Assembly: GCA_964582465.1 (NCBI GenBank)
Contig: CAZOQX010000001.1
Location: forward strand, 17,256-81,255
Origin: an uncultured Candidatus Saccharibacteria bacterium
GTDB taxonomy: Bacteria > Patescibacteriota > Saccharimonadia > UBA4664 > CAZOQX01
Direction: 5' to 3'
DNA length: 64,000 nt
Part shown: in pieces, positions 1-9,579 of the stretch
Numbering within the stretch: the stretch's first letter is position 1
Layout: each line of letters begins with the position of its first letter
Position numbers and translations under genes: made by a program
The notes under the pieces: generated by a model
Told to the model about the DNA's origin: nothing
The model's input: only the letters and a program-made list of their open reading frames with translations
The model's database searches: none

Positions 1-1
1 G

Positions 2-187
2 GAGATTGCTAGCCGGGTGCAGCAAATTGCCGCCCAGGTCATTGATAGCGGCGAGTCGAAGATGCTTCGTCCCATGAATCCCGCCGAACGGCGGATTGTT
101 CATGTAACCCTGGCCGAAGTTGACGGAGTGACCACTGAGAGCGTTGGCGAAGGCACTCACCGCCGTGTCGTGATCAAGAAGACGTAG
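2..187 (+). CDS. C-terminal fragment of a Jag/KhpB-like R3H-domain RNA-binding protein (5' end lies outside the window)
   Basis: Frame 2 translates to ...MLRPMNPAERRIVHVTLAEVDGVTTESVGEGTHRRVVIKKT*. This is a typical R3H C-terminus of Jag/KhpB. Stop TAG is at 185-187. Confidence 0.55.
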   Translation, partial: EIASRVQQIAAQVIDSGESKMLRPMNPAERRIVHVTLAEVDGVTTESVGEGTHRRVVIKKT

Positions 188-1290
188 AGCGTTTCAAAAG
201 TCTGTTATAAACCTCAAGTGTTTCTGCGGCCATACGTTCCCAGGAATACTTGTTAATTTGAGCGTGGCCCAATTTTACTAACTCTTGGCGTCTCTTCGGG
301 TTAGTCGCCAGGTTTAAAATGGCGTCCGCTAGCTTTTCGGCGTCTGTCGGGTCAAAATATTCGGCCGCCGGCCCGTAGACCTCCGGCATACAACTCGCGC
401 TCGAAGAAAGCACGGGTAGGTCTGCCCACATGGCTTCAAGGCCAGGCAGGCCAAAACCTTCCGACAAGGAGGGGAAAACTAAGAATTTGGCCTGCTGATA
501 GAGCGCCACAAGCTCCTGATCAGACACCCGGCCGGTGAAGACGACTCGATCCGCAAGACCAAGCGAGGCGGCTTGTTCCTTCAGGCGCTCGAAGAAAGGG
601 TCGTCCGGACCGACGAAGACAAGTTTAAGGTCGGGTAATTTGGCGTGGACAATGCTAAAGGCTTTGATAACCAAAAGTAAATTTTTGTAAGGGTAGGCGT
701 TACCGACGCCTCCCAGAATAAAGTCGTTCAGCCCAAAACGCTTGAGTGAACCGGGCCGGGCGCTTAGTTTATCGGCCGCCTCATTCGTTACGACGATTTT
801 TTTCGACTTGACTCGGTAGCGCCGGAGGATGTCTTGTTTGCCGAATTCGGTTGGGACAAGCAGGCGCGTGGAGAAGTGAACAGTCCACCAGACATCCAGG
901 CGAAAGGCGAGCATTCTCAGGTAATAAAACCAGGCGGCCCGGCGCGAGGTGTTGTAATCGAGTAGAGTGAGGTCATGAATGGTGGTGAGGTGTTTTCTAA
1001 GGTAGCCTAATGGCCGATTTTGGGCAGTGAAGTGTACGAGATCGGGCTTCAAGCGGTAAAGCAAGAAGAGCAATTTGATCTGCTCACTAAAGCTGTACAT
1101 TCTTATCGAAGCCTCCACTTTACGGAAGTTCGGGCGCCGAGGTGACCAAAGATCCCAATCTTGTTTCTGTATTAAAATAACGTAATCGTTCGTCTCGTCG
1201 GTTTTTTCTAGCTGCGTTAAGAGGCGTTCGGTATAACGACCGATGCCGGTCCACCCGAGCATGCGGCAATCGATGACAATTTTGGCCATG
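174..1290 (-). CDS. Glycosyltransferase family 1 (GT4-like)
   Basis: C-terminal EGFGLPGLEAMWADLPVLSS... E-x7-E motif region characteristic of retaining GT-B GT1 enzymes. The ORF track runs 174..1331; the likely start is the internal MAKIVIDCRML Met at 1290. Confidence 0.85.
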
Positions 1291-1394
1291 GGCCTATTAT
1301 GACGGCTTAGTCCTCTACATAAAAGCCTCATGCTTGCTTGATTTGCTGGCTTAGCTTAGGGTAGAAATGTCTAGCACCTTTTTCGAGCCAGGGG

Positions 1395-2474
1395 GTGAGT
1401 GTGCTGGCGTCAAAGTATTGGAGGGGAGCTCGCGTTGGGCTCCTTTTGCTATTTCCGGCCGCAGTCGTAGTCGCGGTCCCGCAAGTCGCCTCAGCTCGTA
1501 CCTTTACTGTGGCGGCCTTGGTCACTCCGGTCCGCGGCGGTCCGGGCTTCAATTACCAGCAGACCGGCAAGCTCTACTTGGGTGCACGGGTGCCCATCGA
1601 CTGCCAGGCCTGGGGGTCGCCTTATAGCGGCTCCGAAATCTGGGATCGCTATCCTGGGGAATACAACTTTGACTGGATCGAGGATTCGGCCCTAGCTGGT
1701 ACGGACCATGGCCAGTTCACCTACGGCCTGCCACGGTGTCCATACCGCTCGAGCGGTGCTGCCCCATTGTGGGGCGAGCCACGGCCAGGAGCTGCGATGA
1801 CCGGTTGGATGCCTGAACTTGCGTTCCTCAGTATTACCTGCCAGGAATATGGACTGACCGACTCCGGTTCGACCATTTGGGACCATATATCGGGTTCAGC
1901 TAGTTTCTGGGTAAGTAACAATGCAGTTCAGGGGACGCGAGTGGGAGCACTCACGCCAGGAATTCCGCGTTGTTTCAACGCCACAGTGCCTTCCTACCTG
2001 GAGGGGCGCAATACCTACGCTAATGCTGCTAACGCCGATGTGGCCTTGCGCTACCTTAATCGCTGGGGCGGCCAGGCCTGCGCTGATACCGGCAAGCCCT
2101 CCGAGTTTGGTGGTCAGTGCAAGCAGTTTGTGAATTGTGTGGTTTGGCTGGCGAGCCGCGGGACTGTTTGGCTCGGGGGCGGCTACCAGGCGCCGTTCAT
2201 CGTAGCTGGAGGTGTCTTGATCCCGCTGGACCAAGCCATGCGGGGAGACATCATCCAGCTGGTGGGGCCAGACCCCAATGTGAGCTATGCCGGTATTCAT
2301 ACGGCCATTGTCGTTGGCTACCTAACGGCCGGAAGTTATGAGGTGGTCGACTCCAATTTCCGCTCTGCCAAGGACTCGCCTGGCGAAACCGTTCATGAAC
2401 ACCAGTGGAACCCGGAGGAAGTGGCGAAGGAGTACGGTTTGAGCGTGCAGGTCTGGCGCCTGGCGCGGGTTTAG
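1395..2474 (+). CDS. Secreted CHAP-domain peptidoglycan hydrolase with two N-terminal SH3b-like repeats
   Basis: N-terminal hydrophobic signal region. Two internal repeats: CQAWGSPYSGSEIWDRY... and CQEYGLTDSGSTIWDHI... The C-terminal region matches the CHAP pattern Cys...Gly...GD(I/V)...His: CKQFVNCVVW...GDIIQL...GIHTAIVVG. Start is GTG at 1395, or possibly 1401. Confidence 0.65.
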   Translation: MSVLASKYWRGARVGLLLLFPAAVVVAVPQVASARTFTVAALVTPVRGGPGFNYQQTGKLYLGARVPIDCQAWGSPYSGSEIWDRYPGEYNFDWIEDSALAGTDHGQFTYGLPRCPYRSSGAAPLWGEPRPGAAMTGWMPELAFLSITCQEYGLTDSGSTIWDHISGSASFWVSNNAVQGTRVGALTPGIPRCFNATVPSYLEGRNTYANAANADVALRYLNRWGGQACADTGKPSEFGGQCKQFVNCVVWLASRGTVWLGGGYQAPFIVAGGVLIPLDQAMRGDIIQLVGPDPNVSYAGIHTAIVVGYLTAGSYEVVDSNFRSAKDSPGETVHEHQWNPEEVAKEYGLSVQVWRLARV

Positions 2475-3835
2475 CGAGCGGCGGATTTTGAGGAGTGGTG
2501 GGCTTTGGCCTGCCGCTCCTCGCTCGTTTTTAACATACCCGCAAGCAAACCCAGCGCCACCCAGATGTAAGTTATGAAGAAGCCGGAAAAAGATTGCAGC
2601 TGAATTAATATGGCAATAACGGCGCCAGCCAAGCCCCAGAGCCAGGCTCGGTCGGTGGGGTCAGTCATCTGTCGGCCATTTTTAATCGTTTGGACGAAGA
2701 GATGGGCCAAGAATCCGAGTGTGAGCGCGAAACCCACACTGCCCATTTCGGCTAACCACTCCCAGAGTGCATTATTTGCAACTGGCCAAGTTTCGGGCCT
2801 AATAGCCGGATAGGCGAGAACCCGTGGCCCAAAGCCCCCCGGGCCCAGGCCGAAAACTGGCTGAGCCAAAAAGAATTGGCGAGCCTGGCGCTGTGTAGCT
2901 AGCCTTTCAGTGAGGGTGCCAGTTTGGTTAAGTTTGGTCGAAACTAGCTGAAAGACAGTGCGCGGAAAACTTAAGGGGTCGCCTTTCACCAGCTGTGAGC
3001 TTGCTCCCAGTAGTAGAGTAAAGCCCAGTAGGCCCGTAATAGCCGCAATTCCAAGTTTGCGCAGAGACTCGTGGCCTAGCTTTCTACCCAGTGGTGCGGC
3101 GCCCAAGAGAAGCGTTAACACTGCAGCCAAATAAGCTCCTCGGGAAAGTGTTAGGCCGAAGGTCAATCCTACCAGGACTAACGTTGCCGCCAACCACCCG
3201 CGTCGTACTTTGGGGTTAAAGACGAAATGAGATAGTAAGACGAATAGTGGTAGCAACAGGTAGTTTGCAAAGTATAGTGGTTCGAGTGCAGTTGACTGGA
3301 CTCGGGGAAAACCGAACACTGCCTTGGTGTATTGCCCGCGCAGAAGTGTCCAATGGGTGGAAAGCCCCGCCAGGTCGCCAACATATTGGAAGAGGCCAAA
3401 TAGACAGACTAGGGCGGCTGAGGCTATCAGGGCGATGAAAGCGAGCCTCAAGCTCTGTCGGTTCGTCAGTTGCGCCACCGTATAGCATAGAGCAAACAGA
3501 AATGCGGTTGCGACTAAATTAACCCAAACTTGTGAGTAGTGGGCCAGTGCCGTGGAGATTGTCAGCGACACAAGAAGAAGAGCTAGCCAGTAAAATAATG
3601 GCAGTCGCTTTAATTGCACCTTTTTTGTAATAGCTCTCATCGCCAAAGCCAAAGTTAAAGCGGCCCCGACGACTTGGGAAGGGCGGACTAAGGGGTGGCC
3701 AGATCGCGTAATAGAGAAAGTCCCGACCCGTTCAAAGGGAAGGCTAAAAACTAAAAGAGCCAGTCCAAAATCGGGTCGCCACGTAAATAAGCCGGCTAGC
3801 CCCAAGATGACCAGCCCGGCAAGTAGAACCAGCAC
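2471..3835 (-). CDS. O-antigen ligase / Wzy_C-family polytopic membrane protein
   Basis: More than 10 predicted TM helices and an LTLSRGAYLAAVL motif typical of the O-antigen ligase/polymerase family. Paralogous to the adjacent gene. Confidence 0.75.
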   Translation of the reverse strand: MLVLLAGLVILGLAGLFTWRPDFGLALLVFSLPFERVGTFSITRSGHPLVRPSQVVGAALTLALAMRAITKKVQLKRLPLFYWLALLLVSLTISTALAHYSQVWVNLVATAFLFALCYTVAQLTNRQSLRLAFIALIASAALVCLFGLFQYVGDLAGLSTHWTLLRGQYTKAVFGFPRVQSTALEPLYFANYLLLPLFVLLSHFVFNPKVRRGWLAATLVLVGLTFGLTLSRGAYLAAVLTLLLGAAPLGRKLGHESLRKLGIAAITGLLGFTLLLGASSQLVKGDPLSFPRTVFQLVSTKLNQTGTLTERLATQRQARQFFLAQPVFGLGPGGFGPRVLAYPAIRPETWPVANNALWEWLAEMGSVGFALTLGFLAHLFVQTIKNGRQMTDPTDRAWLWGLAGAVIAILIQLQSFSGFFITYIWVALGLLAGMLKTSEERQAKAHHSSKSAAR

Positions 3836-5176
3836 CTAGGCTGCCCGGCGATTGATCTGAGAAAGTCCCATCAAGAGGCCAATGGCTGCCCAGACGTGAA
3901 CAATGTAAAGAGTTGAAAAGGTTTGGTACTGGATAGTAGCGCCAACCAAGAAAGCGGTCAGAGCGATGACCCAGAGTTTAAGATCGACGGAGGATGCAAC
4001 TTGCCTGGCCTTTGATAAGGCGGATCGAAGCAAGCTGAAAACAAAGACCATGAACAGTACGAAGCCGACCAGGCCGGTTTCTGCGGCTAGCTCCAAAGTT
4101 TCGTTATTAACGATTGGCCAACCAAAGCCCGGTTTATGATTTTGGGTCACAACGACACCAAAATTACCTGGACCAACCCCCGTGAAGGGGTGAGATTTTA
4201 ACAACTTGAAAGCGGCCCGCCTGGCCCCAGCACGCTCATCTCCGCTACCCTCAAGCCCGGTAGTTTGGACCTGTCTGGTGTAGCTTTTTAACCCAGTAGT
4301 GCGCCGCCCCGAGCTAGAGGCCGGTTTGTTCCAATAGTTAATGAGCAGAAGAGCTGTGATAAGGCTAACCGCCGTAAGCAATGCGACCTTTATGATAGAT
4401 TTTGGCGCCCCCCTGGTCTTGGTTATAAGCATTAGTAGTGGGGCGGCTATGACCACGGCCAAAACGGCGATATTACCACCTCTAGAGACCGTCAGGAATA
4501 AATTTAAGGTGGTGAGAGTGAACAATCCCAACGTCCATTTAGTATTGCGACCGGTCAGGATCTTGCTTGCCAAAAAAGCGATGGGCAAAAGTAAGTAGTT
4601 AGCAAAATAAAGTGGCTCTAGTGCAGTGGATTGGATGCGCGGAAAGCCAAAAAGCTGCCAGGTATAACGTTCGCGCAGAGCAGTAAAATGAGTACTGAGC
4701 CCATATATATCACCAAAGTATTGGTAGAGCCCAAAAAGAGTTACTAGGATTACTGAGGCTATCAGAGCTCGCTCTATTAGGAGGAGATGCTCTTTTTTGA
4801 GTAGAAGTGCTACTCCGATGGCCGATAAGGCTACAAATAGGGTAAACACTACGACCTCGATTGCCCGTGCTCGATTGGTGGAGAAGGGGACTAATACGAC
4901 TAACCAGCCTAGGAAAAGAACGAGCCAGCGAGCAGGCTTTGATTTCCAAGAGACCTGTTTCTTAAGTAGTCGGTAAGCTGCTAGCAGAATTACTAACCCC
5001 GAGATAAACAGATTGGGACGTAGCGTTATTCCGTGGAACTCCCAAGAAGGTATCCGTTCAAAGGGCAAGAGAAATACCAGGAGTGCAATTAAGTAGCCGT
5101 CTGGATCTTTTTTTACTTTATTTAAGAAGCGATTGATAGATTTCAGCATGTTTCTGGGCGATACTTGTCCAATCAA
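3836..5176 (-). CDS. O-antigen ligase / Wzy_C-family membrane protein (tandem paralog)
   Basis: Shares long near-identical motifs with 2471..3835: YFGDIYGLSTHFTALRERYTWQLFGFPRIQSTALEPLYFANYLLLP versus YVGDLAGLSTHWTLLRGQYTKAVFGFPRVQSTALEPLYFANYLLLP. The start is uncertain and may be the internal Met at 5149, because the ORF overlaps the upstream GT1 gene. Confidence 0.75.
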   Translation of the reverse strand: MIGQVSPRNMLKSINRFLNKVKKDPDGYLIALLVFLLPFERIPSWEFHGITLRPNLFISGLVILLAAYRLLKKQVSWKSKPARWLVLFLGWLVVLVPFSTNRARAIEVVVFTLFVALSAIGVALLLKKEHLLLIERALIASVILVTLFGLYQYFGDIYGLSTHFTALRERYTWQLFGFPRIQSTALEPLYFANYLLLPIAFLASKILTGRNTKWTLGLFTLTTLNLFLTVSRGGNIAVLAVVIAAPLLMLITKTRGAPKSIIKVALLTAVSLITALLLINYWNKPASSSGRRTTGLKSYTRQVQTTGLEGSGDERAGARRAAFKLLKSHPFTGVGPGNFGVVVTQNHKPGFGWPIVNNETLELAAETGLVGFVLFMVFVFSLLRSALSKARQVASSVDLKLWVIALTAFLVGATIQYQTFSTLYIVHVWAAIGLLMGLSQINRRAA

Positions 5177-6209
5177 AATTAGAAGCTAGCTTGAGCGCGC
5201 TCGACCTTATTAGTTTAGATAATTCTGGATGCTCAAGCAATTCGTTGACTACACTGGCGATGGTTGCGGGTTGATTATTTTCTAAGGTTAAACAGTTCTC
5301 GTGGTTACGGAGGGGTTGAACAGCCGGCCCCGTGGTGATAGAGGGAACTCCGTGGACAAGTGCGGCGATCAAGCTGCCTCGACGCATGGAAACCGGTTGA
5401 TCGTAGGGGAAAACGGCTAGGTCAGCTAGCTGGAAAAGGGTCGAAATTTCTTCTTCAGGCAGGAAGCCCGTCCAAACCACTTGCCCTTGAGATTCTTCAA
5501 CGGCTTTTTGGATTTCTCGGTGAAATTCATTTGCTGGATCAAAGTGAGTAGCAAGGAGTAGCTTTGTCTTATCAGTCCAGCGCTTAGTTGATTCAATTAA
5601 TTCTTTCACTCCTTTACTCGGATCAATAAAGCCGAAATAGATAGCCAACTTTTGGCCTGAAAGGCCGTAGCGGCGACGTAGTTTTTGCTTTAAAGCAGAA
5701 CTAGCTGGGATCACCCCGATATTGCTCCCAATGGGTATGTGGACCAATCTTTTCCAGGGCAGGAGAAGCTTAATTTTTTGAAAGGACTCGGGGTTTGGTA
5801 TGACGATGGCGCTGGCAAAGAAAATTGTAACGAGAACGCGAACCTTGCCCAGCCACGACGCGTCGTGATATTCGTGGGCTCTGATAATGACAGGAAATTG
5901 CGGGAAACGAAGACGCAAAATGAGTGGTAGAAAATTAATAAAGGGCTTCTTTCCGTACGGCACCGCTGGGTATTCGATGTGGATGATGTCGGGTCCCTCT
6001 GATTTCACTGCCCGCAGAACTATTCCAGTGGCAGCCCAGGTCCACTTCGGAACAGCCGGCATGGACCAATCATCTTGCATCGCTTGAGTTGATGTTAGTA
6101 TGCGCACACTGTGCCCTAAGGCGCGTAGGGAAGTTGAAAGCTTAACGGTTCCTTCGGATACGCCGCATTTTATCGGTGGATAAGACCCGGAAATCATCAA
6201 TATTTTCAT
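5118..6209 (-). CDS. Glycosyltransferase family 1
   Basis: N-terminal KILMISGSYPPIKCGVSEGT GT-B N-domain motif. Size and architecture are typical of GT4. Confidence 0.8.
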   Translation of the reverse strand: MKILMISGSYPPIKCGVSEGTVKLSTSLRALGHSVRILTSTQAMQDDWSMPAVPKWTWAATGIVLRAVKSEGPDIIHIEYPAVPYGKKPFINFLPLILRLRFPQFPVIIRAHEYHDASWLGKVRVLVTIFFASAIVIPNPESFQKIKLLLPWKRLVHIPIGSNIGVIPASSALKQKLRRRYGLSGQKLAIYFGFIDPSKGVKELIESTKRWTDKTKLLLATHFDPANEFHREIQKAVEESQGQVVWTGFLPEEEISTLFQLADLAVFPYDQPVSMRRGSLIAALVHGVPSITTGPAVQPLRNHENCLTLENNQPATIASVVNELLEHPELSKLIRSSALKLASNFDWTSIAQKHAEIYQSLLK

Positions 6210-6778
6210 GAGGGCAGAAAGCTTTTTTCAGCTATGGCACAGAGAAGATGGCCCAAGGTTATGTGGCCCTGCTGGATGAGACCGGTAGTCTTTCCTGGGG
6301 CGTGGATAGTAACGTCTGCAATTTCATCCAGAGGGCAGGGAGAGGGGCCAACTAGCGCCACAACTTTAATGTCTAGGGATTTGGCGGCCTGGGCGGCCTT
6401 TATAATATTGGCCGACTTGCCACTAGTCGTAATGCAAACCAAAACGTCGCCCGCTCGCCCCACCCCCCGAACCTGGCGATCAAAAATGTCCTCATAGCTG
6501 TAATCATTTGCAATTGCTGTAATCGCGGAAGTATCGGTGGTTAGAGCCAAGCCGGCCAGTGGAGCACGTTCCTGTATAAGGTGCCCCGTAAATTCCGCCG
6601 CTAAATGCTGGGAATCGGCTGCACTGCCGCCGTTACCACAAAACATAATTTTGCCGTCTTGCTTGAGTGATTCTGCCATTAGCTCTCCAGCTTTTTCGGC
6701 ACCTTCCGCCGCAGAACTCTCGGCGAGCTCTCGCGCGACTTCCGCGGCTTGCCCCAGGAAGTCTCTACTTGCACTCAT
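6206..6778 (-). CDS. gmhA: Sedoheptulose-7-phosphate isomerase (phosphoheptose isomerase, SIS domain)
   Basis: MFCGNGGSAADSQHLAAEF and ITTSGKSANIIKA motifs align with E. coli GmhA. The 4-nt overlap with the downstream kinase suggests an operon. Confidence 0.85.
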   Translation of the reverse strand: MSASRDFLGQAAEVARELAESSAAEGAEKAGELMAESLKQDGKIMFCGNGGSAADSQHLAAEFTGHLIQERAPLAGLALTTDTSAITAIANDYSYEDIFDRQVRGVGRAGDVLVCITTSGKSANIIKAAQAAKSLDIKVVALVGPSPCPLDEIADVTIHAPGKTTGLIQQGHITLGHLLCAIAEKSFLPS

Positions 6779-7815
6779 GGTGCCCTCCAGACTTGGGCGC
6801 CACTATTTTCGAAGTGAAACGGTACAACCTGAGCGCCCGCCTCTTCCATGGCACGCATAATGGCCGGACGCTTCGTAAATGGCACAAAAAGAAGCAAAAA
6901 ACCTCCACCCCCAGCTCCGAGTATTTTGCCGGCCAGGGCTCCCGCAGACAGGGCGGTTTTATATAGAGAATCAATCCGCTCGTTCGTTATTCCCTTAGCC
7001 AAGTTTTGTTTTGCCATCCACCCGGCATTCAGACCATCGGCGAAGCCATCTAGGCGCCCAGTTAGGAGGGCCTCTTTCATGTCAAAGGCCAAGCTCTTAA
7101 TTTTTTCCAGAGCTTCCAGCGATTGAGTTTTTCCGGATTTGTACCCCGCCACCTGCCTCTCTAAAATGCCCCAAGACTCGCGAGTGACACCGGTGTAGCA
7201 AAGTAGCAGCGATCCATGGAGCTCGTTTAAGATGTTGTTGTGAATTCTAAGCGGGTTCACAATAACTCTGTCTTCAGATAGGAATTCAATAAAATTGAAC
7301 CCGCCGAAGGCTGCAGCGTACTGATCTTGCATCCCTCCGGCCTGCTTTAGCTCAACACGCTCAACCCGGTAAGCCCGTTTTGCTAGTTCGTATGTATCCA
7401 TGGTTGATTTAGTTAATTCTGCAATCGCCGCTAGCATTGCTACCACTAGAGCACTGGAGGAGCCAAGTCCAGACCCCGGCGGGGCATCCGAAAACAGGTA
7501 CAGATCTAGCCCACGGCTAGGGGAGAGGTGCTTTACTACGGCCTTCACGAGATCTAAATCCCCGTCGAATACCAGCTCCTCTGGTTTTTTATAATGGGCC
7601 GTTTTGCCATCACCCAAAAATATCCGATACTGTTTATCGGTTCGTAGGTAGACGGTTGCAAAGGCGTACATATCGATGGTAGCCGAAAGCACACATCCAC
7701 CGTGTTCTTCAAGATAGGGCGCGACATCTGTCCCTCCGCCAGCGAAGCTAATTCGAAGTGGCGCCTTTGCCCGTACCGGGTGACCCAGATCGGCCTTCAT
7801 CTTTCGCTCCAACAT
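6775..7815 (-). CDS. GHMP-family sugar kinase, most consistent with D-glycero-D-manno-heptose 7-phosphate kinase (HddA-like)
   Basis: GHMP motifs APLRISFAGGGTD and PPGSGLGSSSALVVAML. Translationally coupled to gmhA. Confidence 0.65.
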   Translation of the reverse strand: MLERKMKADLGHPVRAKAPLRISFAGGGTDVAPYLEEHGGCVLSATIDMYAFATVYLRTDKQYRIFLGDGKTAHYKKPEELVFDGDLDLVKAVVKHLSPSRGLDLYLFSDAPPGSGLGSSSALVVAMLAAIAELTKSTMDTYELAKRAYRVERVELKQAGGMQDQYAAAFGGFNFIEFLSEDRVIVNPLRIHNNILNELHGSLLLCYTGVTRESWGILERQVAGYKSGKTQSLEALEKIKSLAFDMKEALLTGRLDGFADGLNAGWMAKQNLAKGITNERIDSLYKTALSAGALAGKILGAGGGGFLLLFVPFTKRPAIMRAMEEAGAQVVPFHFENSGAQVWRAP

Positions 7816-7870
7816 AAGCGTTCCATCCTAGTAAGTATAAAGTAGGCCCGACGCTTTGAGCAAAGCATGT

Positions 7871-8626
7871 CTACGACAGCCCCTCTAAAAGGTCGGCGTT
7901 GCTGAAACTCCTGTGCTCAATCTGCTCCCATTGATTCGAAGATAGGGTGATGTCCCAGGGATTGATAGAACGCATCCAAGCCATAGTTTCGCCAGGCGCG
8001 CTGTTTAATTTCTGGGGGTCGTGACGCCTGGTGTAATGTAAAATCTGGCAATTATAGATGTGATCGTAGGGGTGCTCACTCCAATCTACCTTGTACCACT
8101 TATCTAAGGGCATACGCTCTAAAAGGACTCGAAAGGCCCATATAACTTCCCCGTGACACACCACAATCGCCCCAGGCATATCTTTCTTAGTCAGGCTCTC
8201 TAAAAAAAGGTTTATGCGCAGGCAAAGCTGGGCCATTGATTCGCCACCCGAAGGGATCCAATAAAACGAATCTGCCTTGCGACCCTCTAGTACTCGGCGT
8301 TCATGTGATGTCAGCTTCTCCAACTCGCCCCATTCCCGTTCACGTAGAGCGAATTCCTTCGACCAACGGGCCTCCTCCAGCCCCAAGTAGGCCGCGGTCT
8401 CACTGGCTCTAACATACTCGGAAGTAAAGTAGTGCGACATGCTCGGCGCATTACCTTTGATCCATTTGCCGGCTGCCTTGGCTTGTTCCTGTCCCTTTTT
8501 CGTCAAGCGGCTGTTTCTACCGCTCTGGTAGGCTGGGAGGTTTGCGCTCTCACGAGCTAGGTTATGTGCATGGTTCTCCTCACTTTCGCCGTGCCTTACT
8601 AAAATTAGTTCTACTGGCAGATTCAT
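7871..8626 (-). CDS. Histidine phosphatase superfamily protein (phosphoglycerate-mutase-like)
   Basis: LILVRHGESEEN (RHG catalytic motif), a later SGGES motif and VVCHGEVIW (second catalytic His). The start was moved to the internal Met (MNLPVELILV) to give an ATGA overlap with the upstream GT2 stop. The ORF track runs 7871..8659. Confidence 0.7.
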   Translation of the reverse strand: MNLPVELILVRHGESEENHAHNLARESANLPAYQSGRNSRLTKKGQEQAKAAGKWIKGNAPSMSHYFTSEYVRASETAAYLGLEEARWSKEFALREREWGELEKLTSHERRVLEGRKADSFYWIPSGGESMAQLCLRINLFLESLTKKDMPGAIVVCHGEVIWAFRVLLERMPLDKWYKVDWSEHPYDHIYNCQILHYTRRHDPQKLNSAPGETMAWMRSINPWDITLSSNQWEQIEHRSFSNADLLEGLS

Positions 8627-9579
8627 ACCGACCCATACCTTTTTACCCAGTGATCCCAAAAAGCCCGAGTTATTAAGCGGAGGTACTTAAAGTGATCCTT
8701 GCGATAACGCCAAAAAATCTTTACTAGCTCCTTGCTTAATTTTTTGAACATTACCCCCCACGCCAGAAGCTTCCAGGGCCAATTAACATATTTTTTTACA
8801 AATAGCAGATTATTACGAAATACATAGTATAAATAGCGGGGGGAATTCATGCCCAGTGTTTGCGATACGTGATGGATTAATAGTGCCTTTGGATCGTAAA
8901 GTAGATCGAAGCCGGCGGCGGCTAGCCTTACCGACAAGTCGGTGTCTTCCCAGTAAACAAAGTAGTTTTCATCGAAGGTGCCGACCTCTTTAATAACCGA
9001 TAAGCGCAGTAGAACACAGGCGCCGGTTAAAAATTCTGTTTTGCTAAGCTCCTTGGTTTTAAGATCCTTGAGCAGCACCGGCTTGGTGCCTCCAAACCCG
9101 CGCGGTTTAGGGACCCCATTGTGCCAGCCCTCCCCGCGTTTCAAATTTATGGTGCCCCCGGCGTACCACAGTGGCTTACCGGGTAGGTCGTTGATGACTG
9201 TCGGGCTTACCCCCGCAGCCCTCGGATTGTTTTCCATGTCGTCGACCAACCTGGTAAGTGTGTTTGGTTGAAGCACAGCATCGTTGTTAAGCGGCATCCA
9301 GTAATCATAGTTGGCCAGTCCGCCGACCTTGAGTGCTTGATTGTGGCCGGCGCCGAAGCCCAAGTTACGAGGATTTCGGATTAGCCGTACAGTTTTGTCT
9401 GAGATTTCGAGGGCGGGGTCAGAGCCATTATCAATCACCACCACATCAAAATTGGTATGGTCTTGTTTTTTGAGACTGGCGAGGCATTCCAGGGTTTCTT
9501 CATTATTGTTCCAATCTAGAATAGTAATTAAGACTCGGGGCTGCTTTACAGGTGTCATTTGGCTTCTACGGGCTCCCAT
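8623..9579 (-). CDS. Glycosyltransferase family 2
   Basis: N-terminal VLITILDWNNNEETLECLASLKKQ...VVVIDNGSD GT-A motif. Confidence 0.8.
   Translation of the reverse strand: MGARRSQMTPVKQPRVLITILDWNNNEETLECLASLKKQDHTNFDVVVIDNGSDPALEISDKTVRLIRNPRNLGFGAGHNQALKVGGLANYDYWMPLNNDAVLQPNTLTRLVDDMENNPRAAGVSPTVINDLPGKPLWYAGGTINLKRGEGWHNGVPKPRGFGGTKPVLLKDLKTKELSKTEFLTGACVLLRLSVIKEVGTFDENYFVYWEDTDLSVRLAAAGFDLLYDPKALLIHHVSQTLGMNSPRYLYYVFRNNLLFVKKYVNWPWKLLAWGVMFKKLSKELVKIFWRYRKDHFKYLRLITRAFWDHWVKRYGSV

Noticed and set aside
1328-1627. Short ORFs (74 aa minus, 86 aa plus) overlapping the start of the CHAP gene
   Set aside because: No RBS. They overlap a better-supported signal-peptide-bearing CDS and have low-complexity composition.
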